Assembly: GCA_964016885.1 (NCBI GenBank)
Contig: OZ024742.1
Span: 225,866,001-225,930,000, forward strand
DNA: 64,000 nucleotides
Source of the DNA: Eledone cirrhosa
Lineage: Eukaryota
Reading direction: 5' to 3'
Below, piece by piece: positions 1 through 11,520 of the stretch; the stretch's first letter is position 1; every line of letters begins with the position of its first letter. Below the pieces are notes generated by a model. The model was not told the origin of the DNA. It saw nothing but the letters and a program-made list of their open reading frames with translations, and ran no database searches. The position numbers and the translations under genes are program-made.

Positions 1-794
1 TGGTTAGTCATATGTATGTGTGTAAGTTTCTACATGTCTGTGTACACGTATATATATATGAATATATATGTGTATGTTTTTGTTTATATATGTTTGTGTC
101 TGTGAGTGTATTCTTACATTTATACATGTGTATATGTGTGTGTGTATGTATGTATGTGTGCGTGTGTATATATATATATACAGATATTACGTGTATATAT
201 ATATATATACAGATATTACGTGTATATATATATATATATTTGTGGGTATGTATACTCTTTTACTCTTTTACCTGTTTCAGCCATCCGGCTGAGGCCATGT
301 ATATATATATATATATATATATACAATTGTATGTATATGTGAGTGTATGTATGTATATATACATATGTATATATACATATGAATATGTGAGTGTATATTT
401 ATGTGTGTGTGTTTGCATGAGCCTGTATATATGTGTTATATATATATATATAATTCTGTTTACCCCTCTTATATAATTTTTTAATTTGGGTGTATTTTGT
501 TAGAGATGCCTACTGGCTGTAGTAGGTTTTACTATGTATTTAGGTAAGGCGGGTCTTCTCTGTGTTTATGTATACATTGCGTGTGCGGGCGAACGTGCAT
601 TTAATTTTATTTTTATTTTAAAAATGTTCTTGCTTTCCTGCTTATTTAGCTACTGAACCGTGATTCGTGATTGTATCTTTTATATGTGTGCATATGTATG
701 TGAGTGTATGCGTGTGTATGTACATATGTATGTGTGTATATATAAGTATGTGTAAGTGTATTCATATACATGTGTGTTTGTGCGTGTGTGTATG

Positions 795-836
<42 letters not shown>

Positions 837-1475
837 ATATATTTAGAAACACACAGATACATGCGGACACACACATATACATGAATGCATCCGCACCCAA
901 CCGTGAGTTAAGGGTGCCAACTTCACCGATGTTGCTCAATGAATGACTGGGACAGACCAATTCAGTTGAACTAGACTGAACCAGTATCAGAGTTAAAAAT
1001 ACATTATGAAGAGAGAAGAAACATTTAGATATAATTAGTAATAAAATGTATCATACCTAAACTGCTCCTAGATTCCTCGACTACGTAGTTTCGTGGCATA
1101 AACAAAAACAATACATCATAAAGATATAGAGTCCTTGCGAGGTCTGCTGACTTATCAAGAGGATACCTCATTTTACTAGTCTCAAGAACGCGTCTACACG
1201 ACGTGAGAAAGAATCCCAAAAGGCGAAGGGGGAGATAGTCACGCGATATAACGGTCGAGAAACAGAGCTAAGCCTCTTATAACCCCGAAGATATATATGT
1301 ATATATATATGTGTGTGTATATATATATATATATATAAATAAGTAGAAGGGGTATTTAATTTGTTGGAAGTCCGATAAATATAAATGTTTATAATTATAT
1401 AGAGCACTCAATAGATTACTGGAGTAAATATTAATGATATTAAATAAATGGGAACTATATTTATAAAACAATATT

Positions 1476-1538
1476 TATTTTATTATATATATTTCAAGGG
1501 TACCAAGACACATTGGTACACTTTCATCAGATAAAATA
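1476..1538 (-). ncRNA. Minimal type I hammerhead ribozyme
   Basis: Minus strand: UAUUUUAU CUGAUGA aagugUACCAA-UGUGUC-UUGGUAcccuu GAAA UAUAUA UA AUAAAAUA; 8-bp stem I, long stem II, palindromic stem III. Confidence 0.8.
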
Positions 1539-1606
1539 CAAATTATGTTTTATAAATAGAGACATACCCATGAAAATCATACCTTATCGGTTGAAAATTC
1601 ACTGGA

Positions 1607-1643
<37 letters not shown>

Positions 1644-2284
1644 TGTGTATGTGTACGTATGTATACACGTGTGTATATGTACGTGTGTATGTATGTATAT
1701 ATATCATCCATCATCATCGTCATCATCATTTTACGTCCGCTTTTCCCTGCTTGCAAGGGTGGGACGGGAACTGATTCTGGCTTGATTTCTACAGCTGGAT
1801 GCCCTTCCTAACACCAACCTCATTTACAGTGAGTGCTGGGTGCTTTTTTTTCGTGGCACCTCCACGACCACTTTACAGTGGAATGATATGGACCCCATTC
1901 CCTATCATCTCATTTCTACAGCTGAGTAAACTGGAGCAATGTGAAATAAAGTGTCTTGCTCAAGGAAACAACACATCACCCGTTCTGAGAATTGAACTCA
2001 CAACCTTTCGATTGCAAGGCCAATGCTCTAACCACTAAGCATGTGCCTTCATGTATGTGTATGTATATATGTGTGTGTATTTGTATGTATGTTTTTCTGT
2101 GTATGTGTGTGAGTATAAGTATATGTGTGGGTAGATGCTTATATATGTATGTGTATATTTATATATATATATATTATTATTTTCCCCATTACATTACGTC
2201 CGTTATTTTATTTTATATCAGCCTCGCTTTCAGTTGGTTTAAGCTTTGTTTTGAAATCCATATCTCACATCCACTTCAAATAAA

Positions 2285-2359
2285 ATTTCATTCTGACGAA
2301 TGATTTCAGACATCTGTGTCAAACTCGTCTGTCTTCATGAAACCTTTGGTAAATGGAAT
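2285..2359 (+). ncRNA. Type I hammerhead ribozyme
   Basis: AUUUCAUU CUGACGA AUGA..CAGAC..GUCUG..UCAU GAAAC C-UUU-G GUA AAUGGAAU; all core nucleotides present, 8-bp stem I with one GU. Confidence 0.85.
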
Positions 2360-2469
2360 AATTGTCTTATGTTGTTTATTACATAACAAAATAGCTTTGC
2401 AGCCTACGTAGAGCACTCTCCTTTACTTTACCTTTCCTACAGAAACACTTAATATATATATATATATAT

Positions 2470-3389
2470 ATTAAATTCAAAGGGTATATATATTTAAATT
2501 AGATAAAGTCACAGATACATATATGCGTTTGGCAACCATTCACGGTGTGGCTCAATGAAGAATCAATTAAATAATTATTAATCAGAGCAATTTATAAAAA
2601 TGTAAGTCCAAAGAATCATTAGATAAAATATATACAGTATTCCCTCTCCCAATCAGTATAAATTAACCACACAAAAAAATCATTTAAACGAGGCTATAAG
2701 TTTAAAATGTACTTATGAAGAAATAATAGACAAATGATACAGATTCTTTTCCGCGATGTACAGCCACATGACATATATGTATCTGTGACTTTGTCTAATT
2801 TATATATATACCCTTTTAATTTAATATATACTCCCGTAAGGTTGTGTAAAACTTTAGGCAGTATTCGACTGCGCTTTCTAGCAACCAGCCTACTCGCCGA
2901 CAGGCACCGATCACAAACTTTCTGCCTTGACCACTGGCCACGTGATGGTTCTTAGCCATTTTGAATTCATTTCTGGTGGGGATCATGATAGAAGAATCTT
3001 AGTCCAGTCTGAGGTATCTCCTGATGAGTTCCAAGCCTCGCGGATTTATCTAAGACCGGATATATCCAAAAAGTGGAATGAAACCGCCGGTTGGTAGAGA
3101 CTATGAGAATTTTGGTAAAATTTATGTGCATTTTTTCTTCTAACTTCAATTTTGTACCTAATTCCGTGTAGTTAACTATGTGTCTAGTCAATTTCTAAAG
3201 GCTAAGAGAAATACTAGGTAAGTGTCATATGGCTGTACATCGCGGAAAAGAATCTGTATCATTTGTCTATTATTTCTTCATAAGTATATTTTAAACTTAA
3301 TGATTTTTTGTGTGGTTAATTTATACTGATTGGTAGAGGAAATGCTGTATATATTTTATCTAATGATTCTTTGGACTTACATTTTTATA
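2470..3389 (+). mobile_element. Non-coding PLE-pLTR-like insert with inverted arms and a hammerhead
   Basis: About 2594-2774 is the reverse complement of about 3223-3389; flanked by (TA)n; hammerhead at 3017-3100. Confidence 0.6.
3017..3100 (+). ncRNA. Type I hammerhead ribozyme with large stem II loop
   Basis: UCUC CUGAUGA GUUCCA...UGGAAU GAAAC C-GCCGGUU-G GUA GAGA; short 4-bp stem I. Confidence 0.7.
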
Positions 3390-3398
3390 TATATATAT

Positions 3399-3510
3399 AT
3401 AGGAACGAGTAGGACCCCGACGGCTGAGCTCAAGCCGTTTCGACGGCTAATTTTGAGAATTAGCCGTCAAAACGGCTTGAGCTCAGCCGTCGGGTCCTAC
3501 TCGTTCCTAT
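3399..3510. repeat. Near-perfect GC-rich hairpin (about 53-bp arms)
   Basis: ataggaacgagtaggacc..cggctaatt ttgag aattagccg..ggtcctactcgttcctat. Confidence 0.9.
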
Positions 3511-3586
3511 TACCCACTCTACTACCCTAAGTATTGAGTACTTTGGTGCGTTATGGTCCACCTGGTTCCTTACCACATTTCCTTCG

Positions 3587-3611
<25 letters not shown>

Positions 3612-3618
<7 letters not shown>

Positions 3619-4037
3619 ATACTTGGGGAGGGTCATATTTGTGTAATAATATTGCCAGAATTAATAACAGAATACACTCACTGTTTGGTTGGTTTTCGCT
3701 TCTGTGTCCTTTATATCAGTTAATTTAATTTATTCGGTCCTCAATGTTACCATTGACTGACCAATGCTAAAAAAAAATAGATACAATATAGACACAAACA
3801 CATATATATAGTCTAACAAAGTTCTTTCGTTGCACATCTGCAACATCGTCAGTGGTGCTATTATGTTTCCTCCCATTGCATTGTATGCCTACGCCATCTT
3901 TATTTAGTCTGTTTATTTATTTATTTATTTATTTGTTTTTTTTTTGTCTTCTCTGCGCATGACCCTCCCCAAGTATAACAATATTTGTTTCTGCACACGA
4001 TTTCATATAAAAAACCTCGCAAAACTAATTCATCGCC

Positions 4038-4042
<5 letters not shown>
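3612..4042. mobile_element. Solo pLTR fragment of the PLE family at 16118-17688, mostly inverted, with hammerhead-like core at 3808-3861 (-)
   Basis: 3612-3958 is the reverse complement of about 17300-17647 sequence; 3959-4026 matches 17621-17688 forward; (TA)n on both sides. Confidence 0.85.
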
Positions 4043-4104
<62 letters not shown>

Positions 4105-4261
4105 ATATGTATATATATATATATAGTTTAATGGATTGTAACTCTTTTAGAACAATTCTGCACACCATTCTTTATATGAACTTTATCCCCCCAGTGGTTT
4201 GTAAGAGTTTAAGAGATTGGCTAAGTATACACAATCTTATCTTTATTTATTTCCTTATAAG

Positions 4262-4339
4262 GGAGCAGAAAGAGAAGGAGGAAAGAGACCGTAAGGAACG
4301 AGAACTTCAAGAAGCTGAAAGTCGGCGCCTATTGGAGAG
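4262..4339 (+). CDS. HYDIN: HYDIN internal exon 1 of window (EQKEKEERDRKERELQEAESRRLLE)
   Basis: ttccttataag acceptor, gtaaat donor, 78 nt, phase 2-2; in frame with next exon; charged low-complexity segment; no start codon so the gene begins upstream. Confidence 0.75.
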
Positions 4340-4898
4340 GTAAATATTTCTTGGACCTTATATGGCAGTGATTCCCAAACTATATTTATTGTATTTTCTT
4401 GTGCGTAATACAAGAAATTTTGAACTAAAATTTATTTAAAGTGCCAAACACATATATTTACATAAATTATTGCAGTAAGAAAGTTACCAAAGAAACAAAT
4501 GAAAGAAAACAACAAGCAGAAAACTATGAGGAAGAAGACATACACACTGAATTACATGGTAGGGATTGCTGGAGTTTCACTCTAATAGCATTTCAGGCAA
4601 GTCAATACAGTTGAGGCACTGCTGTGGGTGATAATGAAGCTAAGACACTGGAATAATCAAGCACCCTCACAAATATCAGTGGTCCAGCTCTCTCAAACAT
4701 CTCAAATGCCACAGGCTGAAGAAATAGTTTGCCGATAATTCCTGGTATTCTAGAATTTTATTCCTAAAATGAATGGCAAAAATGTGGGGTCATTTGTGGG
4801 GAATCAGCATAATTGAATATTGTTTGTCTTTAAAAGAGGAAATTGATAAAATATATTAATAAAGTGACTGCATAAGATCTGCTATGTTTTTATAACAT

Positions 4899-5420
4899 TG
4901 TAATGTATGCGGTTCATTTTCTTGTCATCTCTCCATGTTCATAGTCCATTTACCTATTAAAATTTAAACTGTTATTACTTGTTATATGTCCGTTTCACTT
5001 AGAATCTAATCTTTTCAATAATATGGATAAATCTGTCGGACCTTTCTAAAAATAATCTTCTCGTAAACTTTCCCATTGTTATTATTATTTACTTTTGGAA
5101 TCTTCTGTCCCCTCTCTGTCTCCCTCATACATTGTTTATACGCTTGCATGTTCTCTCACCGCCCCCTCTTTCCGCAAATATAAAATAAACTTTGTTAGAG
5201 AACTGAACCAGAATTTATCGAACCTTACTGCCGAATTGTTGATTTGAGAAATGTAATGTATGCGGTTAATTTTCTTGTCGTCTCTCCATGTTCATAGTCC
5301 ATTTACCTATCAGTATTTAAACTGTTATTACTTGTTATATGTCCGTTTAAATTAGAATATAATCTTTTCAATAATATGGATAAACCTGTCGGACCTTTCT
5401 AAAAATAATCTTCTCGTAAC
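4899..5420. repeat. Direct repeat pair (about 169 bp, period 353)
   Basis: 4899-5067 and 5252-5420 nearly identical (tgtaatgtatgcgg...aatcttctcgtaa). Confidence 0.85.
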
Positions 5421-5599
5421 CCCCCCCCACACACACACACACGCACACAGCACCATTGCTATTTGGTCCAATCATATTTCAGCAGTTTATAGTATGTTTC
5501 TCTTACCAATCTCTATCACAAAACCACCACCTTGGCTATTATTCCTTAAGTTTAGACCTGGTTGCTTTTCGATATGCTAAATGGACTTCAGAATTTGGA

Positions 5600-8500
5600 G
5601 AGTCTGAACAATCTGAACACTCAATGACAATGTGAAAGATAAAGATAAATTCACCTCCTGCTGCTGGACGAGAATGCAAGGACTCCTCTTTATTTCAGAC
5701 ACGGATGGCCAACATAATTCCATCTCCCACACCCCTTCCTGTGCCTCCAACCCATCCCTTCCACCCACCCAACGAAATCCCCAAACTTCAGAGTTGGTAC
5801 CATGAATGTAGGCACTTTGAAAGGTCGCTCAAACGAGGTTGTAGAGATGCTTGAACGTAAGGAAGTTGATGTTTGTTTTATTCAAGAGACTAGGTGGAGA
5901 CGAGGTGGGTCTGCTAGATTCATTGTGGGTAAAAAACGATGCTTATAAACTTTTCTGGGTGGGAAATGACAATGGGCTGGGTGGAGTAGGAATTATGTTA
6001 GCAGAAAAATGGGTAGATAAGGTAATTGCCATAAATAGAGTGAATGACAGAATAATTAAAATAAGACTAGTCCTAAATAGAACTACAGTGACAATAATAT
6101 CCGCTTATGCACCCCAATCTGGCCTACCTGGCGTTATAAAAGACAGGTTCTATGAGTCGCTAATGCTCACTATCTCCCAAATAACCGACAGTGACTGCAT
6201 AATTATTGCTGGCGATCTAAATGGTCATGTCAGACAACATTGTGACGGCTATGATCGAATCCATGGAGGCTATGGGTTTGGTACTAGAAATGAGGAAGGC
6301 TTCAGAATCCTGGAATTCTGTAACGCTAATAACCTAACTATCTCTAACACAAACTTCAAAAAATGAGATAATCACTTGATCACCTATAGATCAGGGGAAC
6401 ACGCCAGCCAGATAGATTATATCCTTACTAGAAGATGTGACAGAGTGTCTGTTGTAAACACTAAATCCCTCCCCCGTGAAGAATGCACCTCCCAACATAG
6501 CCTCATAGTCAGGACTAGACGTACTCGATGACAGAGGAGGACTACCCTGAAGAGAAGAATATGGAAGTTGAAGGACCCCACAGCCAGTAACAAATTTAAA
6601 AGCATATTACTTGATGCTTTTGACAGTAAGGAATAGCAATTAGAGACGTACAATATAGAGGAACAATGGGAATTCTTGAAAGTTAACCTGCTGAAGGTGA
6701 CAGATGAAATCTGTGGCTGGAGCAGACCTATAGGCAGGAGGAGAGTAACATGGTGGTGGAACAGTAAGGTGGTGGAGTCAATCAAGGCCAAAAAGCAAGC
6801 TTCGAAAGTATGGCAGGATGGGGGAAGTAGAGAACACTATCAAGTGGCCAGGAGAGAAGCTAGTAGACAAGTGTACTTTGCAAGAAGAGAAGCAGAGGAT
6901 AGAAAGTTCAAGCATGTTCTACAGCGCGAGGACCAACACGTGAGATGTTCAGGATTGCAAGACAATGTGTCAAGGAAAACTGTGATATTGTTGGGGAGAA
7001 GTGTGTCCGTAATGATGATGGTGTACTTGCCCTCACTGATACTGATAAGAAGGTAGCTTGGAAGTGTCACTACGAGAGACTATTAAATGAGGAAAATAAA
7101 TGGGAAAAAGATAGTCTGCCCCAAATCGATCCAATAGAGGGACCCGCGGTGCAAGTTAAAGGTAGTATAGTAAGTAAGGCAATCAAAGATATGAAGACAG
7201 GCAAGGCAGCTGGGCCTTCAGATATAGTTGCTGAGATGTTGAAAGCATCTGGACTGGTGGGACACACTATGGTCACCCGGATAGTAAACCAAGTAATACA
7301 GAATGGGATCATACCAAATGACTGGCGCAGCAGCATCATCATTAACTGCTACAAGGGTAAAGGAGATGCACTAGATAGGGGAAACTATAGAGGCATTAAG
7401 TTAGTTGACCAGGTCATGAAGGTCACAGAAAGAGTTATAGCGCAACTAATCAGAGATCAAATTGATCTAGATGAAATGCAGTTTGGGTTTGTGTCAGGTA
7501 AAAGTACCACAGACGCTCTTTTCCTTGTACGATAACTACAGGAGAAGTACCTAGCTAAAAGTAAACCCCTCTACTTAGCTTTTGTTGACTTGGAGAAAGC
7601 CTTTGACAGAGTCACCCACTCCATTTTCTGGTGAGCTCTTAGAAAATTAGGTGTAGATGAATGGCTTGTGAGAGCTATACAAGCCTTGTATAAAGAAACA
7701 GTCAGCAAGGTTAGAATTAACAATGAATATAGTAAAGAATTTAGCGTAAAAGTTGGTGTTCATCAAGGCTCTGTCCTTACCCGCCTCCTATTTATTATTA
7801 CTCTTCGGACTATAACAGAGGAGTTTAAGACCGGCTGCCCATGGGAACTTCTATACGCAGATGATCTAACTCTCATAGCTGAATCTATGGCTGAACTAGA
7901 GAAGAAATTCCAAACATGGAAGCATGGCCTAGAATCAAAAGGCCTTAAAGTTAACTTGTCTAAGACTAAAGTTCTAGTTTGTAGAAAGGAAAATAGGGCA
8001 TAGGTGCCCTCTGGGAAATGGCCATGCTCAGTGTGTAGGAAAGGAGTAGGTAGAAATTCCATTTTATGTCCCAAATGCAAACTATGGGTACATAAAAGAT
8101 GTAGTGGGATCACAGGTAAGCTATCTAAGAACGTAGATTTTATATGTGGCCGATGCTCAGGTGCAATAAGTAGCAAGTGCCCACAGGATACTAGCTCCTT
8201 CTATTGCCCAGATGGTTCTATAAAAATAGTAGACACCTTCCGTTACCTGGGTGACAAAATCAGCAGTGGTGGAGGGTGCTCTGAAAGTACAGTAGCCAGA
8301 GTCAGAACAGGATGGAAAAAGTTCAGAGAGCTTATACCGCTGTTGGCCACAAAATGAAAGACAGATTGCATGATGCCTGTATACAAACAGCAATGTTACA
8401 TGGCAGTGAGACATGGGTATTGTGTGCAGAGGACCTGTGCAGACTGGAAAGGAACGAAGCATGCATGCTCCGTTGGATGTGTAATAGTAATATACACGAA

Positions 8501-9176
8501 TGGCAAAACATACGACTAAGTTGGTATGGTCACATGATGCGCATGAAAGACGACAGCTGTATAAAAAAGTGCAGGGCAATCAAAATTGATGGAAGTTACA
8601 GAGTAGGTAGATTCAGAAAAACCTGGGACGATTTGATAAATTCTGACCTTACACACTTGCACCTTTCTAAGACAATGGCACTGGACCGAAAACTTTGGCG
8701 CCATGCAGTAATACAGAAGACCCACCTTGCCTGGTACCACAACATTCAGTCCAAACTAATGAGATAATTGTTTCTACTTTTTGGCACAAGGCCAGCAATT
8801 ACCCAGTGCATTACTGGTACTTTATTTTATCGACCCCGTAAGGATGAATGGCAAAGTCAACCTGGGCGGGATTTGAACTCAGATCGTAAAGGGAAATGAG
8901 ATAATGAGATCGAGATCAAGATCGTGTAGGTGTCACGACAAAAAAACACAGTCTACACTGTAATGTGGCCGTGTAGGTTAACACGGTAAAAAGTTCCCAG
9001 TCCACACTGTAAATGTGGTTGGTGTTAGGAAGGGCATCCAACTGTAGAAAACCGGCCAGATAGTCCTATACGAGCGAGACACGGTCACCTGACCAATCTT
9101 GCCTCAAGTGGGACAACTCCCATCTAACCCATGCTAGCGTGGAAGATAGACGTTAAACGATGATGATGATGATGAT
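5600..9176 (+). mobile_element. Near full-length decayed RTE-clade LINE (APE endonuclease, RT, PHD-like finger, (GAT)n tail)
   Basis: EN motifs SAYAPQ, GDLNGH, NTNF; RT motifs NYRGIKL, QFGF, GVHQGSVL, LYADD; stops and frameshifts; tail gacgttaaac(gat)n; 5' limit approximate. Confidence 0.95.
8769..8894 (-). mobile_element. SINE fragment inserted in the RTE 3' UTR
   Basis: Family-B SINE core in reverse; flanked by direct repeat aatgagataat (8758-8768 and 8895-8905). Confidence 0.75.
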
Positions 9177-9479
9177 TACAACTGAAGCCTAACTATTGTT
9201 AAAATATATTCTTTTTTCACTTGAATTATAGGATAATAATTCCCATGCTGTGAAGTTGTTATTTGCTAAACAGATATTCCTCCATTTCTTCACATACAGC
9301 ATCCTTTTTATTGACACTCAGTACCTGGTTTATTGACAAGAAAAATAAAACAATAGAAATTAGATAAGCCAGCTTCTATAGAAAATGCTAAACATCCAGT
9401 TGTTTTACATTCTTTAAAACAGTACTCACTATACCAAGTAGAGTTACATTGAATATTCAAGTGTCTTTTGTGGTGATGA

Positions 9480-9795
9480 AAACAGAAAAGGAAGGGAAAG
9501 CAAGGGCTCCAGTGTCACAGAAGAATGGGGAAGGAGAAGAGGGAGGATGATGGGTTCTGGGTCTAGGGCACAGCGGTATTGGGGTTGTGCCCCGCAGACA
9601 AGACTGCAAAAGCATTCCCGCGGACAATGGCCAGCAACACCCGCTGCAACAACCACCCCACTTGTGGGGCTCCTTTCTCAGATGGGCTACTGACATTCCG
9701 ATCTTGTGGAGGAGCTCAGCAATACGGGGTCCAAATATCCCTGAGGTCTCAACAACGACCGGTGCCAAGAGGATGCGGCCTGACAATCCCTGGTC
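9480..9795 (-). mobile_element. 3' remnant of a CRE-like (restriction-like endonuclease) non-LTR retrotransposon
   Basis: APVVVETSGIFGP... then, after a frameshift, LLQRVLLAIVRGNAFAVL, typical of the CRE C-terminus. Confidence 0.7.
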
Positions 9796-10178
9796 ATAAA
9801 AAACTGAATATTATTGTGAAATATATATGTGGGTAATATGGTACAAGTTTACCAGAGAATTTTTCCTGATGAAGTCATAGCCATCCTGTTTTGGGCATTT
9901 AAACCTGGTGGAACCTACTCCTGTCCTGGTCTGAATACAGCCTATTTCTTTCAGAGAAATAGAGAGAGAGAAGAATCAACCCTATTATTGAACTGGTACT
10001 TTATTTATTGACCTTAAAAGGACAAAAGGTAAAGTTGACTTTGACAGGTTTTAAACTCAGAATGCCGAGAGGCAGAACGAATACCACAAAGCATTCTATC
10101 TGACATTTTAATAAATCTGTCAATCCTCTATCTTGGCAAAATACAAAAAAAAAAAGAACTTTTCATTTCTTATTTCAG

Positions 10179-10361
10179 TAAATTAAGGAAAAAAGCCAAA
10201 AAGAATGTACCACCATCGGGTGAAAAAGAAAAAGAGAAAGACAAAGATAAGAAACCTGTGATTGCATCTAGAACAACAATGGGTAATGAAAAGGCTGTTC
10301 AAAAGACAAAATTGGAAAGTGAAGCACGGCCAGAGTCACAGATCAGTGATGGAAATGATGA
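10179..10361 (+). CDS. HYDIN: HYDIN exon (KLRKKAKKNVPPSGEKEKEKDKDKK...ESQISDGND)
   Basis: tatttcag / gtaagt, 183 nt, phase 2-2, open and frame-compatible with neighbours. Confidence 0.85.
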
Positions 10362-10952
10362 GTAAGTATTGTTAAGAGTTGTGAGGTTGTAGAAGTTCTA
10401 AAAAAGTAATTATTGTTGTCGTCATCATCATCATCGTTTAACGTCTATCTTCCACGCTAGCATGTGTTTGTGTTATTAGCATTATGGGGAATAAGTACTG
10501 TTGTGAGGTGTATGAAGAGTAAGTATTGTTGTGAGGTGGGAAGAGCAGTAAATATTATGTTAGTGTTGTAAGAACAGTAAGTATTGTGTCAGTGTTGTCA
10601 GGTGTATGAGGAGTAAGTATTATGAGGTGGGAAGAGCAGTAAGCATTGTCTCTGTTGTGAGATGTACAGGGAATAAATATTGTGTGTAAGTTTATAGTGT
10701 TGCTTGGATTTAAAGATATGTTTATAGTAAACAAATCTGATGATTTTCTGTCCCTAAGGATATTTTACGCTGAATGTCTATTATCATAGTAGCAAATCTC
10801 TGTTTGGATGTCAACATTTTTTATTTCAAATCATCCGAATGCTTCAATAAATCATAAGATTTGTTTACTTCTGGCTCTAGCCACTAAAGCTATTGTTTAT
10901 AGTTCCTAATTTGGACAGACATTTTTATCAGCTGAGATTTAGCATAAAGGCT

Positions 10953-11172
10953 AACCCTTTAGCATTTAAACTGGCCGTATCGGCCAGAATTCTCTCACCT
11001 TTTCTGTTCAAACTGGCCACATAACCGACAGCTTATACCAATATTAAGGTATTGTTCTCAAAATGAATAACAACATCAACAAAATCTCATAGATTCGATA
11101 TTATGTGAGATAAAGTCTTTACCGCAAAAATACAATAGCAAATATAGAGTAATGTAAATGCTAAAGGGTTAA
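10953..11172. mobile_element. piggyBac-like MITE (TIR CCCTTTAGCATTTA, TTAA-type ends)
   Basis: taaccctttagcatttaa...taaatgctaaagggttaa; copies at 56730-56956, 57779-57997 and 49571-50341 (split by an RTE). Confidence 0.8.
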
Positions 11173-11400
11173 TGCACGTGGGCCAGAATTCAAGAGATAC
11201 AGAATTCAATTTTCTTCTAGTGGCTGTTGGTCACTTATTTTCTGACCCTAAGTGTATTTTACCTGACTTTCTAATGCTATGATCATTGTAGCAAATCTGT
11301 GTTTTCATTTCAACATTGCTAATTATGTATGTTTATTGTATTGCTAACATTTAAATATGTCTGAATTGTTACTATTTTAAAATGTTGCTTTATTTGTTAG

Positions 11401-11520
11401 TCGTCGTAAGAAGTCAGTGCGAAAAGCAGTACATCTAGATCAAATAAGCCTTAAGAAAGAAGAAGTCCCAGAAGATCCACTGAAAGAAATATCTAAAGAA
11501 GAATTAGTTCTGATGCAAAA
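11401..11520 (+). CDS. HYDIN: HYDIN exon (RRKKSVRKAVHLDQ...EISKEELVLMQ)
   Basis: tttgttag / gtaagt, 120 nt, phase 2-2, open. Confidence 0.88.

Noticed and set aside
12-960. ORFs rich in Y/I/V/C/M or H/T (also 17666-17872, 18303-19112, 19568-20217, 20664-20972, 29139, 44246, 55127)
   Set aside because: Translations of TA/TG/CA microsatellites, which lack stop codons; not genes.
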